Shown here: piece by piece, positions 19,843 to 29,055 of the stretch
Position numbering within the stretch: the stretch's first letter is position 1
Layout of the letters: each line of letters opens with the position of its first letter
Source: an uncultured Clostridia bacterium
GTDB lineage: Bacteria > Bacillota > Clostridia > Christensenellales > CAMQZB01
Direction: 5' to 3'
NCBI GenBank assembly: GCA_964406735.1
Contig: CAYOSU010000003.1
Span: forward strand, 24,866-88,865
Length of the DNA stretch: 64,000 nt
Made by a program: the position numbers and the translations under genes
The notes under the pieces: generated by a model
What the model was told of the DNA's origin: nothing
Database searches by the model: none
Seen by the model: only the letters and a program-made list of their open reading frames with translations

Positions 19843-22152
19843 ATGGATAAAATACTTAAAAACATACCGCTTATCGCACTTCGAGGCATAGTACTTTTCC
19901 CCGATACCGTAACTAATATTGACATATCAAGGGATAAATCGCTTAACGTAATTAAAGAGCTTGACAGTTCAACTGATTACGTTGCTTTCGCATCTCAATC
20001 CGATCCTCGCATTCAAGACCCTAAAACGAGCGACCTTATGACTACTTGCGTTCTCGCAAAAGTCAATACCGTTTTCAACGGCAAGGATATGATCAAGATA
20101 CGTATTTTTGCCGAGTTGAGAGGAAAGATATTGAATTTTAGTGAGAACGATAAAAAGTTCGTTGCCGATATCGAGGTGATTGAAGAATCTGAGCTGTCAA
20201 AGGTAAAAGCCGAGGCGTTGACGAGAATTCTCGAAGCCCAGTTTACCGATTACGTTAAGTTTGATAAGGCTATTCCTAAAGACTCGCTCTTGGAGTTTTT
20301 TGAAACTGCAGATACGGTCAAGCTCATCAACGTGCTTTCATCGGCACTTCTTAAAAACGACAAGGATAAGGCTGTTATGCTTGAAACAGTCGATAACGAC
20401 GAGAGACTTGATCTTCTCGTAGGCTTTGTCGGAAAAGAGCTTGAAATATTTGCGATCAACAAAGATATTGCGAAAAAAGTTCAGAAAAACGTCGAGGAAA
20501 ACCAAAAAGAGTATTATCTCAGAGAGCAGCTAAGAGTTATTTCCGACGAATTAGGCGACGATCTTGACGAATGCGACGAGTACAGAAAAAAGATACGTGC
20601 GCTTGGAATTAAAAACGAGGACACCATTGAAAAGCTTGAAAAAGAGATAAACAGGCTTTCAAAGCTTCAGCCAAATTCTCCCGATAGCGGCGTTATCAGG
20701 TCGTATCTTGATTGGATAATCGAGCTTCCATGGGAGAAAGAGTCTGCTGATAATTACGATGTTATCAATGCAAAAAAGATACTTGATGAAGATCATTACG
20801 GTTTAGAGAAGATAAAAGAAAGAATACTCGAATATTTGTCCGTTAAGATAGTATCGGGTAATCCCAAAGGCACTATATTATGTCTTGTCGGACCTCCGGG
20901 AGTTGGCAAGACGTCAATAGCAAGGTCTATTGCTCGTGCGACAAATAAAAACTTCGTGCGTATGAGCCTTGGCGGCATAAAGGACGAATCCGAGATAAGA
21001 GGGCATAGACGTACTTACGTTGGTGCAATGCCGGGACGCATTATCTACAACATGCGCAATTCAAAGACGATAAATCCCGTCTTCTTGCTTGACGAGATAG
21101 ATAAAATGACCTCAGATTTCAGAGGCGATCCGTCGAGTGCGCTTTTAGAGGTATTAGACCCCGAGATTAACGCTACGTTCAGGGATAATTTCTTAGAAGT
21201 ACCGTACGACCTTTCAAAAGTATTTTTCATTGCAACGGCAAACTCTCTCGATTCGATACCGCTTCCGCTGCTTGACCGTATGGAGATAATCGAGCTTTCA
21301 GGCTACACTGCTGACGAGAAGAAGGAAATAGCTAAGCGTTATTTGGTAAATAAAGCATTGAATGCGACCGGTCTTACCGATAAAAACGTTACGATAACGG
21401 ACGGAGCAATCGAAAATATCATTTCCCACTACACCCGAGAATCTGGCGTCAGAACGCTTGAAAGAACTATTGAAAAAGTATTCAGGCGCGTCGATTATTT
21501 AAGCTTAATGGGCGAAATTTCGCTTAAAAACGGCTTAATTATCGATGATGACCTTGAGAAATACTTAGGTGTCAGAAAATACTCCGAAGACGACGTTATC
21601 GCATCTGATTCCGTAGGCTCTGCCGTTGGACTTGCTTGGACAAGTGTAGGCGGAGTAACACTCAACGTTGAAGCGTCGGTCATGAACGGAAAAGGCGAAA
21701 TATTGCTTACCGGTAAGCTTGGCGACGTAATGAAGGAGTCCGCTCGTATCGCGATAAGCTATCTTCGTGCGAACGCAAAATCGCTTGGTATAGAGGAAAG
21801 TGCTCTTACTGATAAAGACATTCACTTGCACGTTCCCGAGGGCGCAACTCCAAAGGACGGACCGAGTGCAGGTATTACGATCGCTTCTGCAATACTTTCC
21901 GCCGTTACGGGTAAAAAACTCGACCACAAAGTCGCAATGACGGGCGAACTTACGTTAACAGGCAGAGTTCTTCCAATTGGCGGATTAAAGGAAAAGATAC
22001 TTGCTGCGGTAAGAAGCGAAATAAAGACCGTTATCATTCCAAAAGCCAACGAAAAAGATCTCTCTGAGATCCCGTCCGAAATATTGAACGAAATAGAGGT
22101 TTTATTTGTTTCTAACGTAAACGAAGTATTTGATAGGGTGATAATATGCTAA
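19843..22152 (+). CDS. lon: ATP-dependent Lon protease
   Basis: 769 aa. Lon N-domain, Walker A GPPGVGKTS, and protease motif PKDGPSAGI. Confidence 0.95.
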   Translation: MDKILKNIPLIALRGIVLFPDTVTNIDISRDKSLNVIKELDSSTDYVAFASQSDPRIQDPKTSDLMTTCVLAKVNTVFNGKDMIKIRIFAELRGKILNFSENDKKFVADIEVIEESELSKVKAEALTRILEAQFTDYVKFDKAIPKDSLLEFFETADTVKLINVLSSALLKNDKDKAVMLETVDNDERLDLLVGFVGKELEIFAINKDIAKKVQKNVEENQKEYYLREQLRVISDELGDDLDECDEYRKKIRALGIKNEDTIEKLEKEINRLSKLQPNSPDSGVIRSYLDWIIELPWEKESADNYDVINAKKILDEDHYGLEKIKERILEYLSVKIVSGNPKGTILCLVGPPGVGKTSIARSIARATNKNFVRMSLGGIKDESEIRGHRRTYVGAMPGRIIYNMRNSKTINPVFLLDEIDKMTSDFRGDPSSALLEVLDPEINATFRDNFLEVPYDLSKVFFIATANSLDSIPLPLLDRMEIIELSGYTADEKKEIAKRYLVNKALNATGLTDKNVTITDGAIENIISHYTRESGVRTLERTIEKVFRRVDYLSLMGEISLKNGLIIDDDLEKYLGVRKYSEDDVIASDSVGSAVGLAWTSVGGVTLNVEASVMNGKGEILLTGKLGDVMKESARIAISYLRANAKSLGIEESALTDKDIHLHVPEGATPKDGPSAGITIASAILSAVTGKKLDHKVAMTGELTLTGRVLPIGGLKEKILAAVRSEIKTVIIPKANEKDLSEIPSEILNEIEVLFVSNVNEVFDRVIIC

Positions 22153-22775
22153 GCATCAAGAAATCAGAGTTTATCAAATCCGCCGCCGACAAAAACGGCT
22201 TTATTATGTCAGATCTCGGTCAGATAGTCGTTGGAGGTAAGTCTAACGTAGGCAAGTCCTCGTTTATAAACTTTCTCTGCAACAACTATAAGCTTGCAAG
22301 GACGTCTAACACGCCAGGTCGCACGAGACTTGTCAATTATTTTCTTATTAATAACGACTTTTTTCTCGTCGATCTTCCCGGTTACGGTTACGCAAAAGGT
22401 GCAAAGGGCGAGATAGAGTATTGGGCGCAGATGATGAACGACTACTTTGAGACGAGTAAAGACGTCATAAAGCGCGTAATATTCTTAGTCGATTGTAGGC
22501 ATCTTCCCACAAACGAAGACTTGAAGTTTGCTTCTTATCTCAACTATTACAGACTTCCGTTTTCCGTAATTGCAACTAAGGCGGACAAGCTTTCTAGAGC
22601 GCAACTCAAGCGCAATCTTATCGATATAGCGAACGCACTGAAAATAGGCCGCTCTGATATATTTGCCGTCTCATCGCAAAACAGGCTTGGAAAAGAAGAT
22701 GTATTATCTCTTATTGAAAGGTCGTTGGCGTTTGAAGAAGAACTCGTTGAAGATTTAGAAGAAACGGAAAATTAA
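22146..22775 (+). CDS. engB: ribosome-biogenesis GTPase EngB/YsxC
   Basis: G1 GKSNVGKSS, G3 DLPGYG, G4 TKADK. It follows lon, as in Bacillus lonA-ysxC. Confidence 0.9.
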   Translation: MLSIKKSEFIKSAADKNGFIMSDLGQIVVGGKSNVGKSSFINFLCNNYKLARTSNTPGRTRLVNYFLINNDFFLVDLPGYGYAKGAKGEIEYWAQMMNDYFETSKDVIKRVIFLVDCRHLPTNEDLKFASYLNYYRLPFSVIATKADKLSRAQLKRNLIDIANALKIGRSDIFAVSSQNRLGKEDVLSLIERSLAFEEELVEDLEETEN

Positions 22776-22850
22776 CCAAGCTTCTCTAAAAAATATCTTA
22801 TCCGTCTCTTTATTAAAAAACGGTATAAATTACTGTAAAAACTCAAATTT

Positions 22851-22892
22851 AAGCTCTTAAAAACGCTTTTTGCGCTATTAAGAGCTTTTTAT
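22851..22892. terminator. bidirectional terminator between engB and the PBP gene
   Basis: 10-bp stem AAGCTCTTAA / TTAAGAGCTT with a structured loop. T-run on the plus side and A-run on the other. Confidence 0.6.
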
Positions 22893-22893
22893 T

Positions 22894-25062
22894 TTAGAAT
22901 AAGTCGTACGTTTTATATATCGTGTTTGTGATATAAGGGCTTCCTATCTTGCCACCAACAACGAACGGAGTTATTTCGATGCGTATATCTCCCGACACGC
23001 TTGACACTTCAAACTCAATGGTATTTCCGTGCCCTTCAATAATACCAAGCTCCTCGCCGGTTATAGAGTTTGTGAGTTTATAGTTATATATCGGCTTTGT
23101 ATCAAGCGACAATATTACACTTTCGTTATCAAGATATAAAGTTGCCTTTTCAACAATAGGAAAAGAAAATATTGTTGAAGTCTCGCTTGGCGCATTTTTA
23201 ACGGAAAAATACTCTTCCAAAACGTACACTTTAGGCGTATCGGAACTTGCTAAAAGCGTTTTACCTTCTTTTTCGGTAAGATACTTGTCAATAGAAAGCT
23301 TGACTACGCCGTCAGGCTTTGTTATAGGCGAATTTACGCTTTCTATTACGCCGAAAATACTTGCAACGTTGTCGGTAGGTATTGAGCCGCCGCCTACGTT
23401 TTTAGGAATAATATTGCCGTCTATGCTCGTTATAAATGACATTACGATAAAGTTATCGTCGTAGGCGATAGAGTAGCAGTCGGAGTTTTTGGTGTCGTCT
23501 CCGTTCGTTCCCGTTTTAGCGTATAGCGTGATTGGAAGTTTGTTTAGCTTTTTTGCCGTTCCGCTTTTTGCAGTCTCTTCAAGAAAAGTGCTTATAATAT
23601 AAGCTGTTTCTTCCGAAAACACTCTTTGTTTTAATATTTCTCGCTCGTAAAGGACATTGCCGTCGTCATCCTCGATGCGCTTTATCGTTGAGGGACTTAT
23701 TCGCTCGCCGCCGTTCAGAAATAGAGTATATGACGATGCTATTTCAAGCGGTGTGATTCCCTTTTCTGTTGCACCGAGCGCTGCCGATAATCCGTCGTTT
23801 TCCGTAAGCTCGACACCAAGCCTTGAACTGTATTTTTTGATCTGTTTTTCTGAAAGCGTGTTATAAAGCTTGACTGCAACGGTGTTTAAGCTCTTCGAAA
23901 GTGCCGTTTTAACGCTTACGTTGCCATAATAAATATTCTTATAGTTGGATGGAGAATAGCCGTTAAAATCCGTTTTTGCGTCGCTTATATAGGTTGTAGA
24001 AGTGATGACCCCTTCTTCAAAGCACGGTGCGTAAACGAGCAGCGGTTTTATAAGAGAGGCTACGTTGCCACGCTTATTTATCAGCCCGACACTTGTTTCA
24101 TTTAGGTATATCACCTCGCCGCTTTTTCCGATTATCAGCTCTCCGCCTGCGTATTTTTTGCTTGTTAAAGACGCTATTTTGCCGTTAAAGTCGTCGTAAT
24201 ACGTGTAGACCTCATACGCCTTGTCGGTGGATTTTTCGCCTAAAATACGTTCAACCTCGCTTTCCGCAAGCGTGATATATGGGTTCTGCTTGTTTATCTC
24301 GTGAACGCTAAGCGCTATCTTCGTATCAACTAATTCTTCATAACGCTTATCGTTGATGTAGCCTGACCGCTCCATGGCTTTCAAGACCACGTTTCTGCGC
24401 TCTCTTGATTTATTCTCGTCTTTTGTTGGAGAATACAATGAGGGGGCTTTGATAAGTCCTGCAAGAGTTGCCGCCTCTTCAACGGAAAGCTCCGCAGGCT
24501 TTTTCCCGAAATAGTGGTAAGATGCGTTTGTGATGCCGTACGCACCGTCTCCAAAATATATTGCGCTTAGGTACATCGAGAGTATCTCTTCCTTTGAGTA
24601 TTTTTTCTCCAAGCGCATTGTGATATTAATCTCCTTAAGCTTTCTGGAAATGCGCTTTTCGCTATTTAAAAGCGTATTCTTTACAAGCTGTTGGCTTATC
24701 GTCGAAGCACCTTCCTTATACGACATCGTAAAAAGATTTTTTATGCTTGCCTTAATAAGCCTTATTACGTCTATGCCGTTATGATCGAAAAACCGTTTAT
24801 CCTCAACTGAAACGAAAGCGTTTATTACGTTTTGTCCAAGCTCATCAAATTCAGTATAGTGATAATTTGATGTGGGACATTCAATAAGATCGCCTTTTGC
24901 GTCATAAAACTCATATCTATTGAAATTTTGCTTCAATTTTGTCTCGTCAAGCAATATAGTGTTCGCCGACATGTATACGATCAACCCGTAAATCCCTGCA
25001 AACACAGCTATGGAGGAGACAAGTATTAAAATTATTGTAAGTATTCTTTTTGCAGTGTTCAT
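22894..25062 (-). CDS. class A penicillin-binding protein (glycosyltransferase + transpeptidase)
   Basis: N-terminal membrane anchor, GT51 motifs (EDKRFFDHNGID, GASTISQQLVKN), and transpeptidase SLIK (SxxK), SLN and KTGT motifs. Confidence 0.85.
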   Translation of the reverse strand: MNTAKRILTIILILVSSIAVFAGIYGLIVYMSANTILLDETKLKQNFNRYEFYDAKGDLIECPTSNYHYTEFDELGQNVINAFVSVEDKRFFDHNGIDVIRLIKASIKNLFTMSYKEGASTISQQLVKNTLLNSEKRISRKLKEINITMRLEKKYSKEEILSMYLSAIYFGDGAYGITNASYHYFGKKPAELSVEEAATLAGLIKAPSLYSPTKDENKSRERRNVVLKAMERSGYINDKRYEELVDTKIALSVHEINKQNPYITLAESEVERILGEKSTDKAYEVYTYYDDFNGKIASLTSKKYAGGELIIGKSGEVIYLNETSVGLINKRGNVASLIKPLLVYAPCFEEGVITSTTYISDAKTDFNGYSPSNYKNIYYGNVSVKTALSKSLNTVAVKLYNTLSEKQIKKYSSRLGVELTENDGLSAALGATEKGITPLEIASSYTLFLNGGERISPSTIKRIEDDDGNVLYEREILKQRVFSEETAYIISTFLEETAKSGTAKKLNKLPITLYAKTGTNGDDTKNSDCYSIAYDDNFIVMSFITSIDGNIIPKNVGGGSIPTDNVASIFGVIESVNSPITKPDGVVKLSIDKYLTEKEGKTLLASSDTPKVYVLEEYFSVKNAPSETSTIFSFPIVEKATLYLDNESVILSLDTKPIYNYKLTNSITGEELGIIEGHGNTIEFEVSSVSGDIRIEITPFVVGGKIGSPYITNTIYKTYDLF

Positions 25063-25067
25063 TTTTA

Positions 25068-25095
25068 GTTATTATCTCGCAAAATATGCGAAAAT
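25068..25095 (-). repeat. two adjacent degenerate copies of the dispersed motif upstream of the PBP gene
   Basis: The minus strand reads TTTTCGCATAT then TTTTGCGAGATAATAAC, ending 5 nt before the PBP ATG. Confidence 0.45.
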
Positions 25096-25098
25096 ATG

Positions 25099-25127
25099 TT
25101 GAGTTTTTGAAGATTTGCAGGTATAAT
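25099..25127 (+). promoter_or_regulatory. sigma-A-type promoter for miaB
   Basis: TTGAGT-N17-TATAAT. The -10 overlaps the first ATG of the ORF. Confidence 0.5.
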
Positions 25128-26475
25128 GCATATGGAGGAATTTACATTGTTTTACCACATAATCACTTACGGATGCCAAATGAACGTACACGAGTCTGAA
25201 AAGCTTGCGGGACAGCTTGCTTCTTTGGACTATACGGAAACTACGGATATAAATAACGCAGACATAATCGTATTCAATACTTGCACGATAAGAGAAAACG
25301 CCGTATCAAAAGCATACGGCAATATCGGAGCGTTGAAAAAGCTGAAACGAGAGAAAAAGGGGCTTATTATCGCTGTTGGCGGTTGTATGACACAGGACTT
25401 AGCGCAAGCTGAGGACTTAAAGAAAAAATTCCCGTTTATTGATATTGTTTTCGGTACGCATAACTTGTGTGAATTCGGCGATATGGTTCAAAAGAAGCTT
25501 GAAACAAATAAAAAACTGTTTTTGATCCCTGAATCGGAAAAGGGCTACGATAAAGAAGCCGTATCGCTCAGAACGAGCTTCCCAAACGCTTGGGTAAATA
25601 TCATGTACGGCTGCAACAACTTCTGTACGTATTGCATCGTGCCGTACGTAAGAGGCCGTGAAAGAAGCAGACCGTACGAAGATATCGTCAATGAAGTCAA
25701 AGGACTTTTAGCGGAAGGCTACAAAGAGATAACGCTTTTAGGACAGAATGTAAACTCTTACGGTAACGATCTTTCTTCAAGCGGTTGCTCGTTCCCGAAA
25801 CTCTTAGAGATGCTTGCCACGTTACCGTATAAATACAGGCTGCGCTTCATGACGTCGCATCCTAAAGACTTTTCTAAGGAGCTCGTTGACGTGATAGCAA
25901 AACATGACAACATATGTAATTTTATTCATATTCCGTGTCAATCGGGTTCAACGAACGTATTAGCTCGAATGAACAGACGCTATTCAAGAGAGCAATATCT
26001 TGAAAAGATAGAGTACATCAAAACGGGGATTAAGAACTGTGCAATAAGCACGGATATTATGGTCGGTTTCCCCGGAGAGACTGAAGAGGACTTCCAGGAG
26101 ACTTTGTCTCTCGTAAAAGACGTACGCTTTTCAAACGCATTTATGTTTGAGTACTCGCCAAGGCACGGTACTAAGGCGGCGGATATGGAGGATCAAATAC
26201 CTCCTGAGGTTAAAACGGATAGAATACAAAGACTTATCAAAACCGTCAACGGAATATCAAAAGAGATATCAGATTCATTTATAGGAAAGACGTTAGAGGT
26301 GCTCGTAGAGGACTTCGGAGACGGATATGCTTGCGGTAGGGACGAGCTTGGCAAGATGGTAAGCTTCCCGTATGACGGAGAAAAAGACAAGCTTTTAGGA
26401 AAATTCGTTTTAGTTAAAATATTATCTACGACTATATCCGCATTGAAGGGTGAATTGACTGAAGTAGTGAGGTAA
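25126..26475 (+). CDS. miaB: tRNA-i6A37 methylthiotransferase MiaB
   Basis: UPF0004 N-domain TYGCQMN, radical-SAM CNNFCTYC, and a TRAM C-terminus. The true start may be the TTG at 25147 (SD GGAGGA at 25134-25139). Confidence 0.9.
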   Translation: MHMEEFTLFYHIITYGCQMNVHESEKLAGQLASLDYTETTDINNADIIVFNTCTIRENAVSKAYGNIGALKKLKREKKGLIIAVGGCMTQDLAQAEDLKKKFPFIDIVFGTHNLCEFGDMVQKKLETNKKLFLIPESEKGYDKEAVSLRTSFPNAWVNIMYGCNNFCTYCIVPYVRGRERSRPYEDIVNEVKGLLAEGYKEITLLGQNVNSYGNDLSSSGCSFPKLLEMLATLPYKYRLRFMTSHPKDFSKELVDVIAKHDNICNFIHIPCQSGSTNVLARMNRRYSREQYLEKIEYIKTGIKNCAISTDIMVGFPGETEEDFQETLSLVKDVRFSNAFMFEYSPRHGTKAADMEDQIPPEVKTDRIQRLIKTVNGISKEISDSFIGKTLEVLVEDFGDGYACGRDELGKMVSFPYDGEKDKLLGKFVLVKILSTTISALKGELTEVVR

Positions 26476-26478
26476 AAA

Positions 26479-29055
26479 ATGGCACTTTCACCAATGATGA
26501 AACAATATATGGCGACCAAAGAACAGTATCCCGATTGCATACTCATGTATAGAGTTGGCGATTTTTATGAAATGTTCTTTGACGATGCCGTTAACGCATC
26601 AAAAATATTAGGACTTACCTTGACGGGCAAAGACTGTGGACTTTCAGAAAGAGCGCCAATGTGCGGCGTTCCTTATCACGCAGTTACGACTTATATTAAC
26701 AACCTCGTTGAGGCAGGGCAAAAGGTAGCTATTTGCGATCAGCTGACTGAGCCTTCTAAAGGCGAGCTCGTTCAAAGGGGCGTTACGAGGGTAGTTACCG
26801 CAGGAACGAAGACGGATAACGACATGCTCGACGAGAAGTCAAATAACTACATTGCTTGCGTTGCAAAAGACGGTACTATATACGGTATCGCTTGGGCAGA
26901 TATTACGACGGGCGAGCTGTTCTGTTCAAATACGTCAAAAGATGATACGAAAGAACTTACCGAAACGCTTCTAAGAATATCTCCTGCGGAAATAATCTCC
27001 GATAGCGAAACTTCAAAGCTAAAAGTTTTGGAAGTCGAGAGAAAGGCTCTTCCTAAATTTTTACCTTACCACGATTGGGCGTTTGAATATAAGACAGCTG
27101 TCAAGAAGATAAAAAAACAGTTTGAGACCGTATCGCTCGAGCCTTACGGAATATATAAGAATAAGCCGTGTATCATTGCGGTCGGAGCACTCTTAGAATA
27201 TCTTACCGATACTCAAAAGAGAGACCTTTCAAACCTTTCCAGCGTAAAACTTGTAAAGCAAAATAATGCAATGTCGTTTGATAGCAATACAAGACGGAAC
27301 TTAGAGCTTCTCTATTCAAACCGAGACGGCAAACGCTTTGGAACGCTTTACGGTCTTTTGAATAAGACGCAAACGCCTATGGGCGCAAGACTTCTTCAAC
27401 GCTATATCGAAGAGCCCCTTATAGACGATATCGAGATCAACGAAAGACTGGATGCAGTCGAAGAGCTGGTAAATAACACCTATATCAGAGACGATCTTTC
27501 TTCAATGCTTGGGGGCATAAGGGACATAGCAAGACTATCGGGAAAGATTTCGTACGGTAACGCAACGCCCGTAGATCTTCTTTCGATAAAAAGGTCTTTA
27601 AATTCACTTCCAAATATTAAGGCTTCGCTTTCAGGGCTGTCAAGCAAGAAACTTTCGGAGATAAACGCTAATATCGACGATCTGGACGACCTTTGCGCTT
27701 ATCTTGATGCAGCGATATCAGACGATGCCACTTCACAGGTTAAAGACGGCGGATATATCAAAAACGGCTTTTCAGCAGAACTTGATGCATTGAAAGACCT
27801 ATCAAATAACGGCAAAAAGTTACTGTCAGATCTTGAAGAAAAAGAGCGAGAGAAAACGGGCATAAAGACCTTAAAGATAGCTTATAACAGAGTATTTGGC
27901 TATTATATCGAGGTTACACGCTCCTTCCAGCACTTAGTTCCTCTAAATTATATCAGAAAACAGACGGTCGCTAACGCAGAGCGTTATATTACAGACGAGC
28001 TTAAAGACCTTGAAAACTCGATATTAAACTCCACTGATAACGCCATCAAACTTGAATATGAACTATTAGGTAAGGCTATAAACGTTAGCAAAGGAAAGCT
28101 GAAAGAGCTTTTACAAACGTCAGAAGCTATCGCAACTCTTGACGTACTGCTTGCTTTTGCTGAAGTATCAAAGAAGTATTCATACGTAAAGCCTAAGATC
28201 GATTCAAGTATAAGTGAGTTGATAATACGAGGCGGAAGACATCCTATCGTTGAAAGACTTATCAGCGACGAGCAATTCGTTTCAAACGACACCTACCTTG
28301 ATTCAGACGAATCGCGAACAATGATACTAACAGGACCTAATATGGCAGGTAAGAGCACTTATATGAGACAGGTCGCTATTATTGCGATAATGGCTCAAAT
28401 GGGGTGCTTCGTTCCTGCTGACGAGGCTATTTTGCCTATTTTTGATAAGGTATTTACTCGTGTAGGCGCATCGGATAATCTTATATTCGATCAAAGCACC
28501 TTTATGGTCGAAATGATAGAGGTGTCCAATATTTTGCACAACGCAACCCCTCGAAGTCTCGTTATTCTTGACGAAGTTGGTCGGGGAACGTCTACCTTAG
28601 ACGGTCTTGCGATAGCGTTTGCAGTTACGAAGTATATTACTAACGAGATACACGCTAAAACGCTTTTTGCAACTCACTATCACGAGCTTACCGAGCTTGA
28701 GGGTACTCTCCCGGGCATAAAAAACTACCGTATATCGGTAAAAGAGCTTAACGGAAAGATAATATTCCTGAGAAAAATAGTCCGTGGAGGTGCAAACAGG
28801 AGCTTTGGCATAGAAGTCGCATCGCTTGCAGGCCTTCCTAAGTCTGTTATCAAAGAAGCGAAGCAGACTTTGAAACACCTTGAAGAGTCTGATTTTATAC
28901 AGTCAAAAAAGCAACTCAGCTTTGACGATCTAATGCAGGAGGAAAAGATTGATTTCAGCGGTATAGTTGATAAACTTAACTCTATAGACGTTGACGAAAT
29001 AACACCAAGAGCGGCACTTGACATCTTGGAAGACTTAAAGGATATGGTAAAATGA
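26479..29055 (+). CDS. mutS: DNA mismatch repair protein MutS
   Basis: 858 aa. Mismatch-binding GDFYEMF, Walker A GPNMAGKST and STFMVEM. Confidence 0.97.
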   Translation: MALSPMMKQYMATKEQYPDCILMYRVGDFYEMFFDDAVNASKILGLTLTGKDCGLSERAPMCGVPYHAVTTYINNLVEAGQKVAICDQLTEPSKGELVQRGVTRVVTAGTKTDNDMLDEKSNNYIACVAKDGTIYGIAWADITTGELFCSNTSKDDTKELTETLLRISPAEIISDSETSKLKVLEVERKALPKFLPYHDWAFEYKTAVKKIKKQFETVSLEPYGIYKNKPCIIAVGALLEYLTDTQKRDLSNLSSVKLVKQNNAMSFDSNTRRNLELLYSNRDGKRFGTLYGLLNKTQTPMGARLLQRYIEEPLIDDIEINERLDAVEELVNNTYIRDDLSSMLGGIRDIARLSGKISYGNATPVDLLSIKRSLNSLPNIKASLSGLSSKKLSEINANIDDLDDLCAYLDAAISDDATSQVKDGGYIKNGFSAELDALKDLSNNGKKLLSDLEEKEREKTGIKTLKIAYNRVFGYYIEVTRSFQHLVPLNYIRKQTVANAERYITDELKDLENSILNSTDNAIKLEYELLGKAINVSKGKLKELLQTSEAIATLDVLLAFAEVSKKYSYVKPKIDSSISELIIRGGRHPIVERLISDEQFVSNDTYLDSDESRTMILTGPNMAGKSTYMRQVAIIAIMAQMGCFVPADEAILPIFDKVFTRVGASDNLIFDQSTFMVEMIEVSNILHNATPRSLVILDEVGRGTSTLDGLAIAFAVTKYITNEIHAKTLFATHYHELTELEGTLPGIKNYRISVKELNGKIIFLRKIVRGGANRSFGIEVASLAGLPKSVIKEAKQTLKHLEESDFIQSKKQLSFDDLMQEEKIDFSGIVDKLNSIDVDEITPRAALDILEDLKDMVK

